Assembly: GCA_014799985.1 (NCBI GenBank)
Contig: JAAVGZ010000070.1
Span: 1 to 35,498 of the forward strand
Reading direction: 5' to 3'
DNA from: Helicobacter sp.
Lineage (GTDB): Bacteria > Campylobacterota > Campylobacteria > Campylobacterales > Helicobacteraceae
DNA: 35,498 bases
Shown here: positions 1 through 9,846 of the stretch, piece after piece
Position numbering within the stretch: the first letter of the stretch is position 1
Layout of the letters: the number at the start of each line of letters is the position of its first letter
Notes under the pieces: generated by a model
What the model was told of the DNA's origin: nothing
What the model saw: only the letters and a program-made list of their open reading frames with translations
Database searches by the model: none
Made by a program: the position numbers and the translations under genes

Positions 1-59
1 AAAGCGGCGCTGTGCTGTGGCTTCGCCATAGCTTTGCGCGCGCTTTTTCTAGTGATTCT
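1..59. repeat. Hairpin-forming repeat arm, inverted copy of 35210-35268 (probably truncated by the window start)
   Basis: 1-59 matches the reverse complement of 35210-35268 at 56/59 nt (49/50 over the first 50). Internal stem gctgtggc-ttc-gccatagc. Confidence 0.9.
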
Positions 60-75
60 ACAGAAGCTACCTATC

Positions 76-164
76 TGTCATTGCGAGCGTCCGTTAGGAC
101 GCGCGGCAATCAACGAGCAAGGAATCCCGATACGGTTGATTGCTTCGCTTCGCTCGCAATGACA
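76..164. repeat. REP-like palindromic element, copy 1 (GTCATTGCGAG...CTCGCAATGAC type)
   Basis: Perfect 14-bp terminal inverted repeat tgtcattgcgagcg (76-89) / cgctcgcaatgaca (151-164). Inner stems gcgtcc-gtta-ggacgc and gcaatcaac/gttgattgc. Confidence 0.85.
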
Positions 165-192
165 CAAGATTATCGCTTTGCATTATTTTTGC

Positions 193-305
193 GTCATTGC
201 GAGCGAGCCCATTGGGCGAGCGTGGCAACCAACAGGCAAGGAAACCTCATGATTCTAGCTTTGTATACGGTTGATTGCCACGAGGCTAGCGCCTCTCGCA
301 ATGAC
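193..305. repeat. REP-like palindromic element, copy 2
   Basis: gtcattgcgag (193-203) / ctcgcaatgac (295-305). Inner stems cgtggcaaccaac/gttgattgccacg, gccc-att-gggc and gaggc-tagc-gcctc. Confidence 0.85.
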
Positions 306-338
306 AAGAGACAACGACGTATCAAGCATTCAACACGC

Positions 339-366
339 TTGATTGCTTCGCTTCGCTCGTAACGAC
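339..366. repeat. Partial REP-like element (right arm only)
   Basis: ttgattgcttcgcttcgctcgtaacgac is nearly identical to the right arm at 136-163. Confidence 0.75.
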
Positions 367-443
367 AGAAAATAGCACATACAAAATATCCAAACACGAA
401 GCGCGAAAAATCTCAAAAGCGGCTGACACACAAAGGATTGACA

Positions 444-452
444 TGCTAGAAT
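444..452 (+). promoter_or_regulatory. Putative extended -10 housekeeping promoter of the rluD-ftsEX operon
   Basis: TGcTAGAAT about 80 nt upstream of the ATG at 534. Confidence 0.4.
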
Positions 453-533
453 ACCGCGCCAATGCGCGCAATGGTGCGCGGCGATTCGGCGCGTCATTCG
501 AGGGCGCGTAAAATGCGCAAAATAAGGGATAGA

Positions 534-1520
534 ATGCAAGAGACATTCCACAACACGCGCGCGGGGCGGCTCGATTCTGTCCTTGCCGAGCTGCTTTGCA
601 CGAGCCGCAATCAGGCGGCGCAATTGCTCAAAGCAGGCGCGGTAACGGTGAATGGAATCGCGCGCAACGCGTCTTGGAAGCTTTGCGGTGGCGAGGAGCT
701 GCGCGTCTGCAAGCAGCAAGCCAAGCCACAGCAAACGCAAGAAATGACGCTCGATGTGCCCATTCTCTACGAGGACGACTGCCTGCTCGTGCTGAACAAG
801 CCACCCATGCTCGTTGTGCACGGCGCGCCGAGCGTGCGCGAACCGACACTTTGCGATTGGCTCGCCCAAAAGGGCTATTGTCTCTCGACTCTTGCGGGCG
901 AGAATCGGCACGGAATCGTGCATAGGCTCGACAAACAAACGAGCGGCGCGATTGTGATTGCCAAAGACAACGCCACGCACAGCGCGCTAAGCGCACAGCT
1001 CCAAAGCCGCGTGCTCGGGCGCTATTATCTCGCGATTGTCGATAGGGAGCTGCGCGAGGATACGATTTTTGCATGCGATATGGCGCGCTCTTCGCACAAT
1101 CGGCTCAAGATGGGCAAAGTGCCGCAAGGCAAGGGGCGCTTTTCGCAAAGCCTGTTTGTCAATCTCGCGCTCTCCTTGCGCGGTGATTCCGCGCTTGTCG
1201 CTGCCAAGCTCAAGACGGGGCGCACGCACCAGATTCGCTGCCACCTCGAGAATCTCGGGCGGCACATCTTGGGCGATAGGCTCTATGGCTATCGCGGGGG
1301 CTATCAGGATAGAATCATGCTGCATGCCTACATGCTCTATCTCACACACCCAAAAACGCAAGAAAGTTTGATTCTTAAAGCGCCTCTTTTCTTAGATATG
1401 TTAAGATACCTTTCGCAAAATTATGATAGGGAGAGGATAGATGAGGTCTTGGGGCATGGCTCTATCATTGCTGCTTTTGGGATTCTTGATGAAAGGCTGC
1501 ACGCCAGCGGCACAGAGTGA
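534..1520 (+). CDS. rluD: RluA/RluD-family 23S rRNA pseudouridine synthase
   Basis: N-terminal S4-like domain (RLDSVLA...SRNQA..L...G.VTVNG), LNKP, catalytic GIVHRLDKQTSG, TGRTHQIR, ILGDRLYG. Start moved to ATG 534, which follows aaggga. Confidence 0.9.
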   Translation: MQETFHNTRAGRLDSVLAELLCTSRNQAAQLLKAGAVTVNGIARNASWKLCGGEELRVCKQQAKPQQTQEMTLDVPILYEDDCLLVLNKPPMLVVHGAPSVREPTLCDWLAQKGYCLSTLAGENRHGIVHRLDKQTSGAIVIAKDNATHSALSAQLQSRVLGRYYLAIVDRELREDTIFACDMARSSHNRLKMGKVPQGKGRFSQSLFVNLALSLRGDSALVAAKLKTGRTHQIRCHLENLGRHILGDRLYGYRGGYQDRIMLHAYMLYLTHPKTQESLILKAPLFLDMLRYLSQNYDRERIDEVLGHGSIIAAFGILDERLHASGTE

Positions 1521-2658
1521 TTTGACATTGCCCGAAATGGGCGAGGTGCAATATTTGGTCGATATTGACAGCATCGCGTTTGAGTGGAAGAGCTTTGCGA
1601 ACAGCCCCGAAGTCGCGGGCTACAATATCTACCGCAAGACGCTTGCCGAGCAAAACTACACGCTCATCGATTCTCTTAATTCGCGCTTCACGACACACTA
1701 TGTCGATTCGCCCCTAACGCCGAGCACGACCTATCTCTATCGCTTCGCTGCGAAAAACGCGAGCGGCGCGGCGGGCGTTGCCACGCAACCCTTGCAAATC
1801 ACCACGCAAAACTTCGCGCCGCCCACGCATGTGCAGGCTGTGGGGAACTACCCGCGCAAAGTCAAGATTTTGTGGCGTCCGCACAAAGACTTGCGCACGC
1901 AGGGCTACATCATTCAGCGCGCGGAGGGCAAAGACTTTGTCGAGGTCGCGCGCATCACCAACCGCTTGCAGGTGGAATATTTGGACACAAACCTCAAGGA
2001 TTCGACAGAATATTTCTACCGCGTGTTTGCCTATATCGCAAGCGACATTCACAGCACGCCATCACCCGTTGTGAGCGCACGTACGAAGCCGATTCCGACT
2101 ATGCCACAAGGCGTGTTTGCCTCGTTTGACTTGCCCAAGAAAATCACGATTCGCTGGCAGAAGAGCCCGCAAAACGACATCGCGAGCTATGAGGTCTCGC
2201 GCACGATTTTGGGCGGAATCAGCAGCGAGGTGCTCGCAAATGTCCCCGCAACACAGACGAGCTACACCGACACAAGCGAGATTGACGGCGTGCGCTATGG
2301 CTATTATGTTGTCGCAATCGACAAAGACGGGCTGCGCAGCGAGAGGCAAAAAAGCGCCATCGAGGGCAGCACGCTCGCCGCGCCCGCCGCGCCGACAATC
2401 CAAAGCATAGGCACGGAAAAGGGCTCGGTGATTCTGCGTTGGGTCGGCGATTCGCGCAGCGTGCAATACACAATCAACAAGCAGCAGAGCAGTTTTTTTG
2501 GTAAAAAGGAGCGTTATATCTCGATTCCCTACACCTATTTCTATGACCACGAGGTCGCGCCGGGCGAGCAATATCTCTATAATGTGATTGCGATTGACAA
2601 ATTTGGGCTGCAAAGCTCGCCGAGCGAGACGGTGAGCATTACGCTTGAGGGGCGCTAA
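1441..2658 (+). CDS. Fibronectin type III repeat lipoprotein (FlpA/HP0746-like)
   Basis: Signal peptide ending in MKGC lipobox. About four FN3 repeats (W...GY.IYR...Y.D..L...T.Y.YRV.A). Conserved position between rluD and trmB. Confidence 0.88.
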   Translation: MRSWGMALSLLLLGFLMKGCTPAAQSDLTLPEMGEVQYLVDIDSIAFEWKSFANSPEVAGYNIYRKTLAEQNYTLIDSLNSRFTTHYVDSPLTPSTTYLYRFAAKNASGAAGVATQPLQITTQNFAPPTHVQAVGNYPRKVKILWRPHKDLRTQGYIIQRAEGKDFVEVARITNRLQVEYLDTNLKDSTEYFYRVFAYIASDIHSTPSPVVSARTKPIPTMPQGVFASFDLPKKITIRWQKSPQNDIASYEVSRTILGGISSEVLANVPATQTSYTDTSEIDGVRYGYYVVAIDKDGLRSERQKSAIEGSTLAAPAAPTIQSIGTEKGSVILRWVGDSRSVQYTINKQQSSFFGKKERYISIPYTYFYDHEVAPGEQYLYNVIAIDKFGLQSSPSETVSITLEGR

Positions 2659-3824
2659 TGCCACACTTGCTGCTTTCACGTCTGCCCCAAATGTCCTATC
2701 CTTTCGCGCAGGGCGATTACACCTTTCTCGCATGCCTTGCGAGCGCGTCTGATTGCTCGCAGCTTTTGTGGGTGCGATTCTGCGACATCGACTTTTTTCT
2801 CATCGCCTACCGCAAGGATTGCAAGATTGTACTGAAGGCACACAAGCAGACAGCCCCGACACTCACGCATGTCGTGCAAGGCGCTTTGGCTGTGTGCAAG
2901 CAGGCATTTTGTGATTCCGTGCTCGCCGACAACCTCGCCACGCGCGCGCCAAAAAGCATGCAGAGCTCTCATCTGCTCGATGTGAGCGCCCTTTGCGCGC
3001 TTGTGGCGCAGAATCTGGGCAAGGATATGCGGCTCGAGATTGGCTTTGGCAGCGGGCGCAGAATCCTCAAACTCGCGGCGGATAATCCCGACACATTGTG
3101 CATTGGTGTCGAGATTCATCGCCCGTCTATCGAGCAGGTGTTGCGGCAGATGGAGCTGCAAAATCTGCACAATCTCTGGATTCTCAAAGCGGACGCACGC
3201 GCGCTGCTCGAGTGCCTGCCGAGCAATTGTTTGAGCGAAATCGCGCTGCATTTTCCGATTCCGTGGCCCAAGCGCCACCGCCGCGTTTTCACGCAAAGCT
3301 TTTGCGCCCACGCGCACCGCGTTTTGCAAAAGGGCGGCAGGCTGCATTTGCGCACCGATGATGAGGATTATTTCCGCGAGAGTCTCGAACTTCTGTTGCG
3401 GCTGCCAAGCTGCCATTGCGAGCTTGGCAAGAATCGCGCGCTTGATGTCGTGAGCAAATACGAATCGCGTTGGTTGCGGCAGCAGAAGCAGATTTGGGAT
3501 TTGCTCTTTGCATGCGAAGAAGAATGCGCGCAAAAAGACGACGTGCATTTTGGCTTCACGACAGATGATGTCGCACATCTTGCGCATCTCTTTGGCGCAG
3601 GTTTCGCGCCAAGCAGGCATTGCGAAGACGGCGTTTTGCTCGCCATCACGGCGCTCTATCGCGCAGAATCTGCGCTCGTGCTCTCGCTTTGTCTTGGGAG
3701 CGTTGCCTACCCGCAAACGGTGTTTTTGGTCATCAGCGGCACAACAGCGTTCTATTGTCCCGCATTACTGCCGCTTGGGTCCAATCTTGTGGCGCATGAG
3801 TGGCTCAAAAGGAGGGAACGATGA
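2658..3824 (+). CDS. trmB: tRNA (guanine-N7)-methyltransferase, long Campylobacterota form
   Basis: LEIGFGSG SAM motif, IGVEIH, HFPIPWPKRHRRV, LRTD, SKYE. Confidence 0.92.
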   Translation: MPHLLLSRLPQMSYPFAQGDYTFLACLASASDCSQLLWVRFCDIDFFLIAYRKDCKIVLKAHKQTAPTLTHVVQGALAVCKQAFCDSVLADNLATRAPKSMQSSHLLDVSALCALVAQNLGKDMRLEIGFGSGRRILKLAADNPDTLCIGVEIHRPSIEQVLRQMELQNLHNLWILKADARALLECLPSNCLSEIALHFPIPWPKRHRRVFTQSFCAHAHRVLQKGGRLHLRTDDEDYFRESLELLLRLPSCHCELGKNRALDVVSKYESRWLRQQKQIWDLLFACEEECAQKDDVHFGFTTDDVAHLAHLFGAGFAPSRHCEDGVLLAITALYRAESALVLSLCLGSVAYPQTVFLVISGTTAFYCPALLPLGSNLVAHEWLKRRER

Positions 3825-4507
3825 GCAAGGACGTCATCATCGCAGCAGAGAAGCTATTTTTGGGCTACAAGCGCGAAGAGCCCGTCATCAAAAACGCCTC
3901 GTTTCAGATTCGCGAGAAAGAGTTTGTGTTCATTAGCGGTCCAAGCGGCAGCGGCAAAAGCACGCTTTTGCGCTCGCTGTATGGCGGAATGTCGCTCTAT
4001 GGTGGCGTGCTCGAGATTCTGGGCATCGACATGCAGAATCCAGACGAACAAGACATCGAGGAGTTGCGGCGGCACATCGGGATTATTTTTCAGGATTACA
4101 AGCTCATCAAAGATTGGAATGTCGAGCGCAACATCATGCTGCCGATGATTATCAACGGCTATTCCAAAGAGCTCTGCCGCTCGCAAACCGAGAAGCTGCT
4201 CAACCACATCAGGCTTTCGCACAAGGCAAACAATTACCCGCTCGAGCTAAGCGGCGGCGAGCAGCAGCGCGTGGCGATGGCGCGTGCGCTCGCGCACAAT
4301 CCGATGATAATCCTCGCCGATGAGCCCACAGGCAACCTCGATGAGCAATCGAGCGACATCATCTGGAATCTGCTCAAGGGCGCAAACGAGCAGCTTGGCA
4401 TTTGCGTGCTCGTGGTAACGCATGCGCATCAGATTCCCAATCTTTGGGGCGGCATGCAATGCCGTCAGCTCCATATCGACAAGGGAGGGATTTATGAAGT
4501 CTCTTAA
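3821..4507 (+). CDS. ftsE: Cell division ABC ATPase FtsE
   Basis: GPSGSGKST, IFQDYKLI, LSGGEQQRVAMARA, ADEPTGNLD. ATG 3821 follows aggagg and has an ATGA overlap with trmB. Confidence 0.92.
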   Translation: MSKDVIIAAEKLFLGYKREEPVIKNASFQIREKEFVFISGPSGSGKSTLLRSLYGGMSLYGGVLEILGIDMQNPDEQDIEELRRHIGIIFQDYKLIKDWNVERNIMLPMIINGYSKELCRSQTEKLLNHIRLSHKANNYPLELSGGEQQRVAMARALAHNPMIILADEPTGNLDEQSSDIIWNLLKGANEQLGICVLVVTHAHQIPNLWGGMQCRQLHIDKGGIYEVS

Positions 4508-5315
4508 GCGGCATTTGTCGCTTATCGTTCCGCTGCTCGCGATTCTCTTTAGCCTGCAAGCCGTGCTTAGCATCGTGCGAATCCAAGATTCATACGAGGC
4601 GACATTGCGCAACAGCTACTCGATTATCATCGCCGCGAGCAGGGAGCTTAGGAGCGATGAGATTGCGCTGCGCATAAGCGAGTTTCAATCCCTAGAGCCC
4701 ATAGATGCCGAGAGCGTGATAGGCAAGATTCAGGGCGAGGTGAGCGAGGAGAATCTCGAGCGTCTGAAGGGCAGCTTGCCACATTATTATTCCATCATGC
4801 TTTCGCAATTCCCCAACCAAGCGCGCCTCGCGCAGATTACCGATGTGCTCAAAGACATCAAGGACGTGAAGCGTGTCGAGAGCTTTAGCAAGGCGCATGA
4901 CAGAATCTACCGCCTGCTGCTGATTCTGAAAGGCACAATCATGCTGTTTGGAATCATTCTTAGCATCGTCAGCGTTTTGTTGATGATAAAGCAAATCGAG
5001 ATTTGGTATTTCGAGCATAGCGAGCGAATCGAGATTATGATGCTTCTTGGCGCGCCGAGCTGGTTTCGCAACGGCTTGCTGTTTCGGCTCGCGATGATGG
5101 ATTCTGTGGTCGCCGCGCTTGTCGTGAGCTTGGGCAGCCTCTATCTTAGCGTGCAATCATTTCTCGTGAGCCTGCTCCAAGAAATCGGCGTGGACAATAG
5201 CATCTTCATGCCCGAATTTGACTTTGTCGCGCTGCTTTTGTGCGCGCTGTTCATCGCCAACCTCTCGGTTTTTGTCGTGATTGCGAGGATTGCCAAAGAA
5301 AGGAAAAACGCATGA
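4494..5315 (+). CDS. ftsX: Cell division permease FtsX
   Basis: Four-TM topology with large first periplasmic loop, ERIEIMMLLGA motif, follows ftsE. ATG 4494 follows ggaggga. Confidence 0.9.
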   Translation: MKSLKRHLSLIVPLLAILFSLQAVLSIVRIQDSYEATLRNSYSIIIAASRELRSDEIALRISEFQSLEPIDAESVIGKIQGEVSEENLERLKGSLPHYYSIMLSQFPNQARLAQITDVLKDIKDVKRVESFSKAHDRIYRLLLILKGTIMLFGIILSIVSVLLMIKQIEIWYFEHSERIEIMMLLGAPSWFRNGLLFRLAMMDSVVAALVVSLGSLYLSVQSFLVSLLQEIGVDNSIFMPEFDFVALLLCALFIANLSVFVVIARIAKERKNA

Positions 5316-6538
5316 GGCTCGCTTGGATTCTGCTGTTTTCGCTGCTGTTTGCGCAAAACTTTGACAAAGAGATTGAGAAAACCTCGCAAGGGCTAAGCGA
5401 GCGCCTGCAACGCGAGAAGGCGCTGAACAATCGCCTCGAAGAGCTCGGCAGCGAGGTCGAGAAATATAATAGGCAGATTCAAGATTTGGACAAGAAAATT
5501 TCGACTTCCTCGAATCTTGTGGCGCGCAACAAAACGCTTGTGAAGCAAAAAGTCGAAGAGCTCGGCAAGCTCGACCAAGAGCACATCGCTTTGCAAGCGC
5601 AGCGCGAAGAAGTCGAGAGCGAGCTTGTGCGCTATCTTTCCGAAGAGCTCGCGTTTGTCATCTTGCTCCAAGAATACAGCCTAAGCTCGCCCGAAGAGAT
5701 GATTCAGCAGGATATTTTTAGCGCGCTTAGTGCGGATTCAAAGCAAAAAATCAATGTGCTCACCGAGCAGCAGAATCAGATTCTCACTCAAATCAAGCAA
5801 GTCGAAGACAAGATTGCCACGATTAAGGAATTGATAGAATCAGAGAACAACCGCCAAAAGGGGCTCGATGATGCGCGCAAAAAGCAAAAAGAGGCTTTGA
5901 TTGGGCTAAGCAGCCAGCTCAAGCGCTACAATAACGAGCTGAACAAAATCTTGCAAGAGCGCGAGAATCTGCAGCGGCTGCTCGAGACGCTGAACATCAA
6001 AAAGCAAGAAGAGCGCGAGAGGAACGCGCGCCAAAAGGAGCGCGAGCTCGCGCAAAAGAACATGTCGCAATCTTCGCAGACGAGCAGCATTCAAAAGATT
6101 GACGTGCGGCAGGTGGGCAGCTCTTACCATAATGTACGCACGACAAAATATACGGGCACAAAGACGATTGCGCCGCTCGATAAATACAAAATCGAGCGCA
6201 AGTTTGGACCCTATTATGACCCCATCTACAATCTCCAGACATTCAGCGAATCGGTAACGTTTATCCCGCTCGAATCGCATGCGAAAGTCAAGAGCATGCT
6301 CGCAGGCGAGGTGATTTTCGCCAAAGAAGTGCCGTTGCTCAAGAAGGTTGTGGTCGTGAAACATGCCAACAATCTGCACACCATCTATGCGCAGCTCGAT
6401 GAGATTGCAACGGGCGTGAGCGTGGGCAAGAAAGTTACGCGCGGCTTTGTGATTGGCAGGGTAGAAAACAAGCTCATGCTCGAGGTTACGCAAAAAAATC
6501 TACATCTCGACCCTTTGGAACTCATTAGCGCAAAATAA
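5312..6538 (+). CDS. envC: EnvC-like murein hydrolase activator (coiled coil plus degenerate M23 domain)
   Basis: Signal peptide, long coiled coil, C-terminal LytM-like fold lacking the Zn ligands (YAQL, LMLEV). Follows ftsEX. Confidence 0.8.
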   Translation: MRLAWILLFSLLFAQNFDKEIEKTSQGLSERLQREKALNNRLEELGSEVEKYNRQIQDLDKKISTSSNLVARNKTLVKQKVEELGKLDQEHIALQAQREEVESELVRYLSEELAFVILLQEYSLSSPEEMIQQDIFSALSADSKQKINVLTEQQNQILTQIKQVEDKIATIKELIESENNRQKGLDDARKKQKEALIGLSSQLKRYNNELNKILQERENLQRLLETLNIKKQEERERNARQKERELAQKNMSQSSQTSSIQKIDVRQVGSSYHNVRTTKYTGTKTIAPLDKYKIERKFGPYYDPIYNLQTFSESVTFIPLESHAKVKSMLAGEVIFAKEVPLLKKVVVVKHANNLHTIYAQLDEIATGVSVGKKVTRGFVIGRVENKLMLEVTQKNLHLDPLELISAK

Positions 6539-6545
6539 AAAATCC

Positions 6546-6572
6546 TCAAGTTTTATGTGTTTAAGCCGATTA
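6546..6572 (+). promoter_or_regulatory. Sigma-28 (FliA) promoter of flaG-fliD-fliS-fliT
   Basis: TCAA-N15-GCCGATTA matches the FliA consensus in sequence and spacing, about 50 nt upstream of flaG. Confidence 0.8.
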
Positions 6573-6623
6573 TAGTAGGGAATATGTTATTATGGCATAA
6601 TAAACTATCAAGGAGGATAGATT

Positions 6624-7043
6624 ATGGAATCAGTACAAACAACACTCACAACCAGCTATGCACCCAGCATTGCACCCATGCCAGCCGCATCGAGCACCCC
6701 CGCACCCAGCGTCCCAAAAATGCCCAGCACAACGCAATCTGCCGATTTGGGTCGTTCTGTCGAAGAAAATGCGGCAAACCCTCAAGCTTTTTCGCAAACA
6801 GCCGATGTAGAAGAAGACACAAAAGAGAGAATTGCAGAGCTCGTGGATAAGCTCAATGCGGTGTACAATCCGCTCAATCTGTCTGCGTCTTTTGGCTACA
6901 ATGACGACATCAAAGCCATGTATGTCGAAGTGAAACGCATCGACAATGGCGAGGTTTTGCGCCAGATTCCTAGCCAAGAGGCAATGCGCTTGATGGTAGC
7001 GATTCGCGAGATGCAAAGCGCAATTTTCGATACAGAGGTCTAA
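6624..7043 (+). CDS. flaG: Flagellar protein FlaG
   Basis: C-terminal FGYNDDI..MYVEV....GEVLRQIPS.E..........IFD motif, aggagg RBS, upstream of fliD. Confidence 0.9.
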   Translation: MESVQTTLTTSYAPSIAPMPAASSTPAPSVPKMPSTTQSADLGRSVEENAANPQAFSQTADVEEDTKERIAELVDKLNAVYNPLNLSASFGYNDDIKAMYVEVKRIDNGEVLRQIPSQEAMRLMVAIREMQSAIFDTEV

Positions 7044-7058
7044 ATCTAAGGAGAAATT

Positions 7059-9167
7059 ATGGCAACAACACAAGTAATGGGGCTTGGAAGCGGCTTCCTC
7101 GACAACACGCTCTTTGACAACCTCAAAAAGGTGCAAGAAGAAACGATTATCGAGCCTCTCACCAAAAAAATGCAAACCAACCTCGACAAGCAAACGAGTC
7201 TCACCGAGATTATGACGCTTATTGAGCAGCTCAAGACAAATGTGAAAAAATTCACCGATGGTGATACCTATAACCAACGCAAGGCGACCACGACAGGCGA
7301 GGGAATCACCGCAACGATTAGCCCCGGTATCCCCGTGCAAGACATCACCGTTGAGGTGCATCAGCTCGCCAAAAACGACCTCACACAGCTTGGCAAAAAA
7401 TATGAGAGTCGCGATTCGACATTCTCGACAAGCAACACAAGTCTGAAGTTCAACCATAACGGCAAGGATTATCAGATTGACATCTTGGCAGGCGAGACAT
7501 TGGCTGATGTTGCCCAAAAAATCACAGACACAACGGACGGTGCTGTGATGGGGATTATCATGAAAACAGGGGGCAATGAACCCTATCAGCTCATGATTCA
7601 ATCCAAAGACACAGGCGAGGCGAATCGCATTTATTTTGGCAACACAGCAACAAGCGGACTCGTTGGCGGTGGCGCGCTCAATGGCAGCTTTGACCTCACC
7701 GTCAAAGACGCCAATGGGAACGATAAAACACTCAATATCAATATCAATACGACATCAAGCAGCACAACGCAAAACAACGCTGCGGCGATTGTGAAAGCTA
7801 TCGAAGACGCGATGAGCGCCGACCCCGACCTCAAGGGCTTGCTCGATGATGGTACATTCAATATTGGGCTTGTCAATGACGGCAAAGGCTTCATTATCAA
7901 CGATAGTCGCGGGCTTGACTTTGAGATTAGCAATGGCGCTGGCGATTTCAGCCGTTTTGGCATCACAGAGGGCGTCAAATCTGCTGGCACAGATGACTTC
8001 ACAGGCAGCACAACCGTCAAGGGCGGCGCTGTGGGCGGTTGGATTGCGGTTGGTAACATACGCCTCGACCTCTCGCTTATCACAAGCGCAAGCAACACAG
8101 CCGAGCAGAATCTCACCGCGCTTGTCGATGAGATTAACAACGCCGGTGGCAATGTCCAAGCGAAAGCTGTCGATGGCAGGCTCGTTCTGAACGATACAGC
8201 GGGCTATGGCAACGTGCAAATCATTCTTGACGCGGACAACACTGCGCAAGAGAATGCCGACATCGCGAGCAAACTCGGAATCACCGGTGGTTTCCACATG
8301 TCTACCGCAAGCTTTTTGGCAGATGCGGGCATTACCAATGTGCAACGCGCCCAAGACGCGAAGTTTAGCTGGAACGGAATCGAGATTTCACGCTCGACCA
8401 ACACCGTGGATGATGTCGTGAGCGGAATCAGCGTGGAGCTCACCAAAGAACACACTGGCACCGACCATTCCGTGATTCGTATCACACGCGATGATGATGA
8501 TATTTTCAAGGGCATTGATGAGTTCGTCAAAACCTATAATGAGCTGATTAGCAAGATTGAAGAAGAGACCCGCTATGACGAAAAAACCAAAATTGCAGGG
8601 AACTTGAACGGCGAAAGCGCGATTACAGGCATTCGCTCGACTCTCAAAAACATTCTGAACTTCACAGCCGGTACGGGCTTGAGCGTGAGCATTTCGAGCT
8701 ATGGCTTTAGCTTCGATGATGAGGGGCGACTCAAGATTGACGAGAAAACCTTGAAGGACAAATTCAAAGAAGATCCCGAGCTTGCCATTGCGTTTTTCAA
8801 GGGCGGTGAGTTCACAGTGGGCGGCTTCGAGATTGCCAAACGCGATGTGAATGGCGAAGTGATTGAAGGCGAGTTTGAGCGCATTGGCGGCACAAAAACC
8901 ACCATTGACGGGCTCTTTACGCAATTCTCTGACGCGATTGAAAAAATGATTACGGGTTCTAACTCAACGCTCAAATCGTTCGAGCAAAGCCTGAAAGACG
9001 ACTATGACCGCGTCAAGACAGACAAGGAAAACCAACAATCACGTCTCGATGAGCGTATGGAAGCAACACGAGCGCGCATGAACGCGTATGATGCGATGAT
9101 TAGCAAGATGACGCAAGCGCAGCAGACATTGCAGCAGATGATTAACGCATCATCAGGAAATAGCTAA
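7059..9167 (+). CDS. fliD: Flagellar filament cap protein FliD
   Basis: MGLGSG N-terminus, VHQLA, AQDAKF..NGI.ISRSTN.VDDV.SG, FVKTYNEL, C-terminal coiled coil with YDAMISKM. Confidence 0.95.
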   Translation: MATTQVMGLGSGFLDNTLFDNLKKVQEETIIEPLTKKMQTNLDKQTSLTEIMTLIEQLKTNVKKFTDGDTYNQRKATTTGEGITATISPGIPVQDITVEVHQLAKNDLTQLGKKYESRDSTFSTSNTSLKFNHNGKDYQIDILAGETLADVAQKITDTTDGAVMGIIMKTGGNEPYQLMIQSKDTGEANRIYFGNTATSGLVGGGALNGSFDLTVKDANGNDKTLNININTTSSSTTQNNAAAIVKAIEDAMSADPDLKGLLDDGTFNIGLVNDGKGFIINDSRGLDFEISNGAGDFSRFGITEGVKSAGTDDFTGSTTVKGGAVGGWIAVGNIRLDLSLITSASNTAEQNLTALVDEINNAGGNVQAKAVDGRLVLNDTAGYGNVQIILDADNTAQENADIASKLGITGGFHMSTASFLADAGITNVQRAQDAKFSWNGIEISRSTNTVDDVVSGISVELTKEHTGTDHSVIRITRDDDDIFKGIDEFVKTYNELISKIEEETRYDEKTKIAGNLNGESAITGIRSTLKNILNFTAGTGLSVSISSYGFSFDDEGRLKIDEKTLKDKFKEDPELAIAFFKGGEFTVGGFEIAKRDVNGEVIEGEFERIGGTKTTIDGLFTQFSDAIEKMITGSNSTLKSFEQSLKDDYDRVKTDKENQQSRLDERMEATRARMNAYDAMISKMTQAQQTLQQMINASSGNS

Positions 9168-9206
9168 CAATAGCTAAAAATAAAATAATGACACAAGGAG
9201 TGGACA

Positions 9207-9599
9207 ATGCTTAAAGGAAAAAATGCTTATGGTTCGTATGCACAGAGTGCTGTTTCGGTCGAATCTCCTGCCAAATTAGTCGAAATGCTCTATGAGGGGA
9301 TTTTGCGCTTTGCCGTTTCGGCAAAGCAGGGCATTGAAGAAGAGGATATTGAGAAAAAAATCCACTTCATCAATCGTATCACCGATATTTTTGCCGAGTT
9401 GATTAGCTCGCTTGATTATGAGAGAGGAGGGCAGGTCGCCCACTATCTCACAGGGCTCTATACCCACCAAATCAAGCTGCTCACACAAGCAAACATCGAA
9501 AACGATACGGCGAAAATCGACATTGTCATGCGCGTTGTGCGCGGGCTTTTGGAAGCATGGAGAGAGGTGCATCCTGATGAATTGGGCAACGCAGTTTAA
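9207..9599 (+). CDS. fliS: Flagellin export chaperone FliS
   Basis: SPAKLVEMLYEG, LDYERGGQVA..L..LY, LLEAW. Confidence 0.95.
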   Translation: MLKGKNAYGSYAQSAVSVESPAKLVEMLYEGILRFAVSAKQGIEEEDIEKKIHFINRITDIFAELISSLDYERGGQVAHYLTGLYTHQIKLLTQANIENDTAKIDIVMRVVRGLLEAWREVHPDELGNAV

Positions 9600-9828
9600 G
9601 GTTGCCATTGCGAGCAGAGATGCCGAGAAAGCGTTGCAGGCTTTCGAGGCGCTCCCGCCGTTGGAACAACTCAGCAAAGAAGAAGCACAAGAGTTGTATG
9701 ATTATTTGGAACAAAGTGTTGCTATCGTCGACGAAGCGCGCAAGCATGGAAATGATGAGATTGGGAGAATGAAAAAAGTCCGACAATTTCTCAAAACAAA
9801 TCCCTATGGCGGTGGCAACCCTATATAA
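9577..9828 (+). CDS. Small helical FliT-like protein (HP0754-like), 83 aa
   Basis: ATG 9577 follows gagagg and overlaps the fliS end. MNWATQFKVAIA... is predicted all-helical and occupies the usual fourth position of this operon. Confidence 0.7.
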   Translation: MNWATQFKVAIASRDAEKALQAFEALPPLEQLSKEEAQELYDYLEQSVAIVDEARKHGNDEIGRMKKVRQFLKTNPYGGGNPI

Positions 9829-9846
9829 TCATCACAAAGGCAGAGT

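Noticed and set aside
76-366. Possible CRISPR array
   Set aside because: The units are inverted arm pairs of unequal length, not identical direct repeats with uniform spacers, and no cas genes are present.
12-397. ORFs 12-362 (+) and 194-397 (-)
   Set aside because: They lie wholly within palindromic repeats and translate to typical repeat-derived text (SLRAS, DCFASLAMT, RHCER). No RBS or recognisable domain.
5312-6538. Active M23 endopeptidase
   Set aside because: The Zn-binding HxxxD and HxH motifs are absent, which fits a catalytically inactive EnvC-type activator and is normal next to ftsEX.
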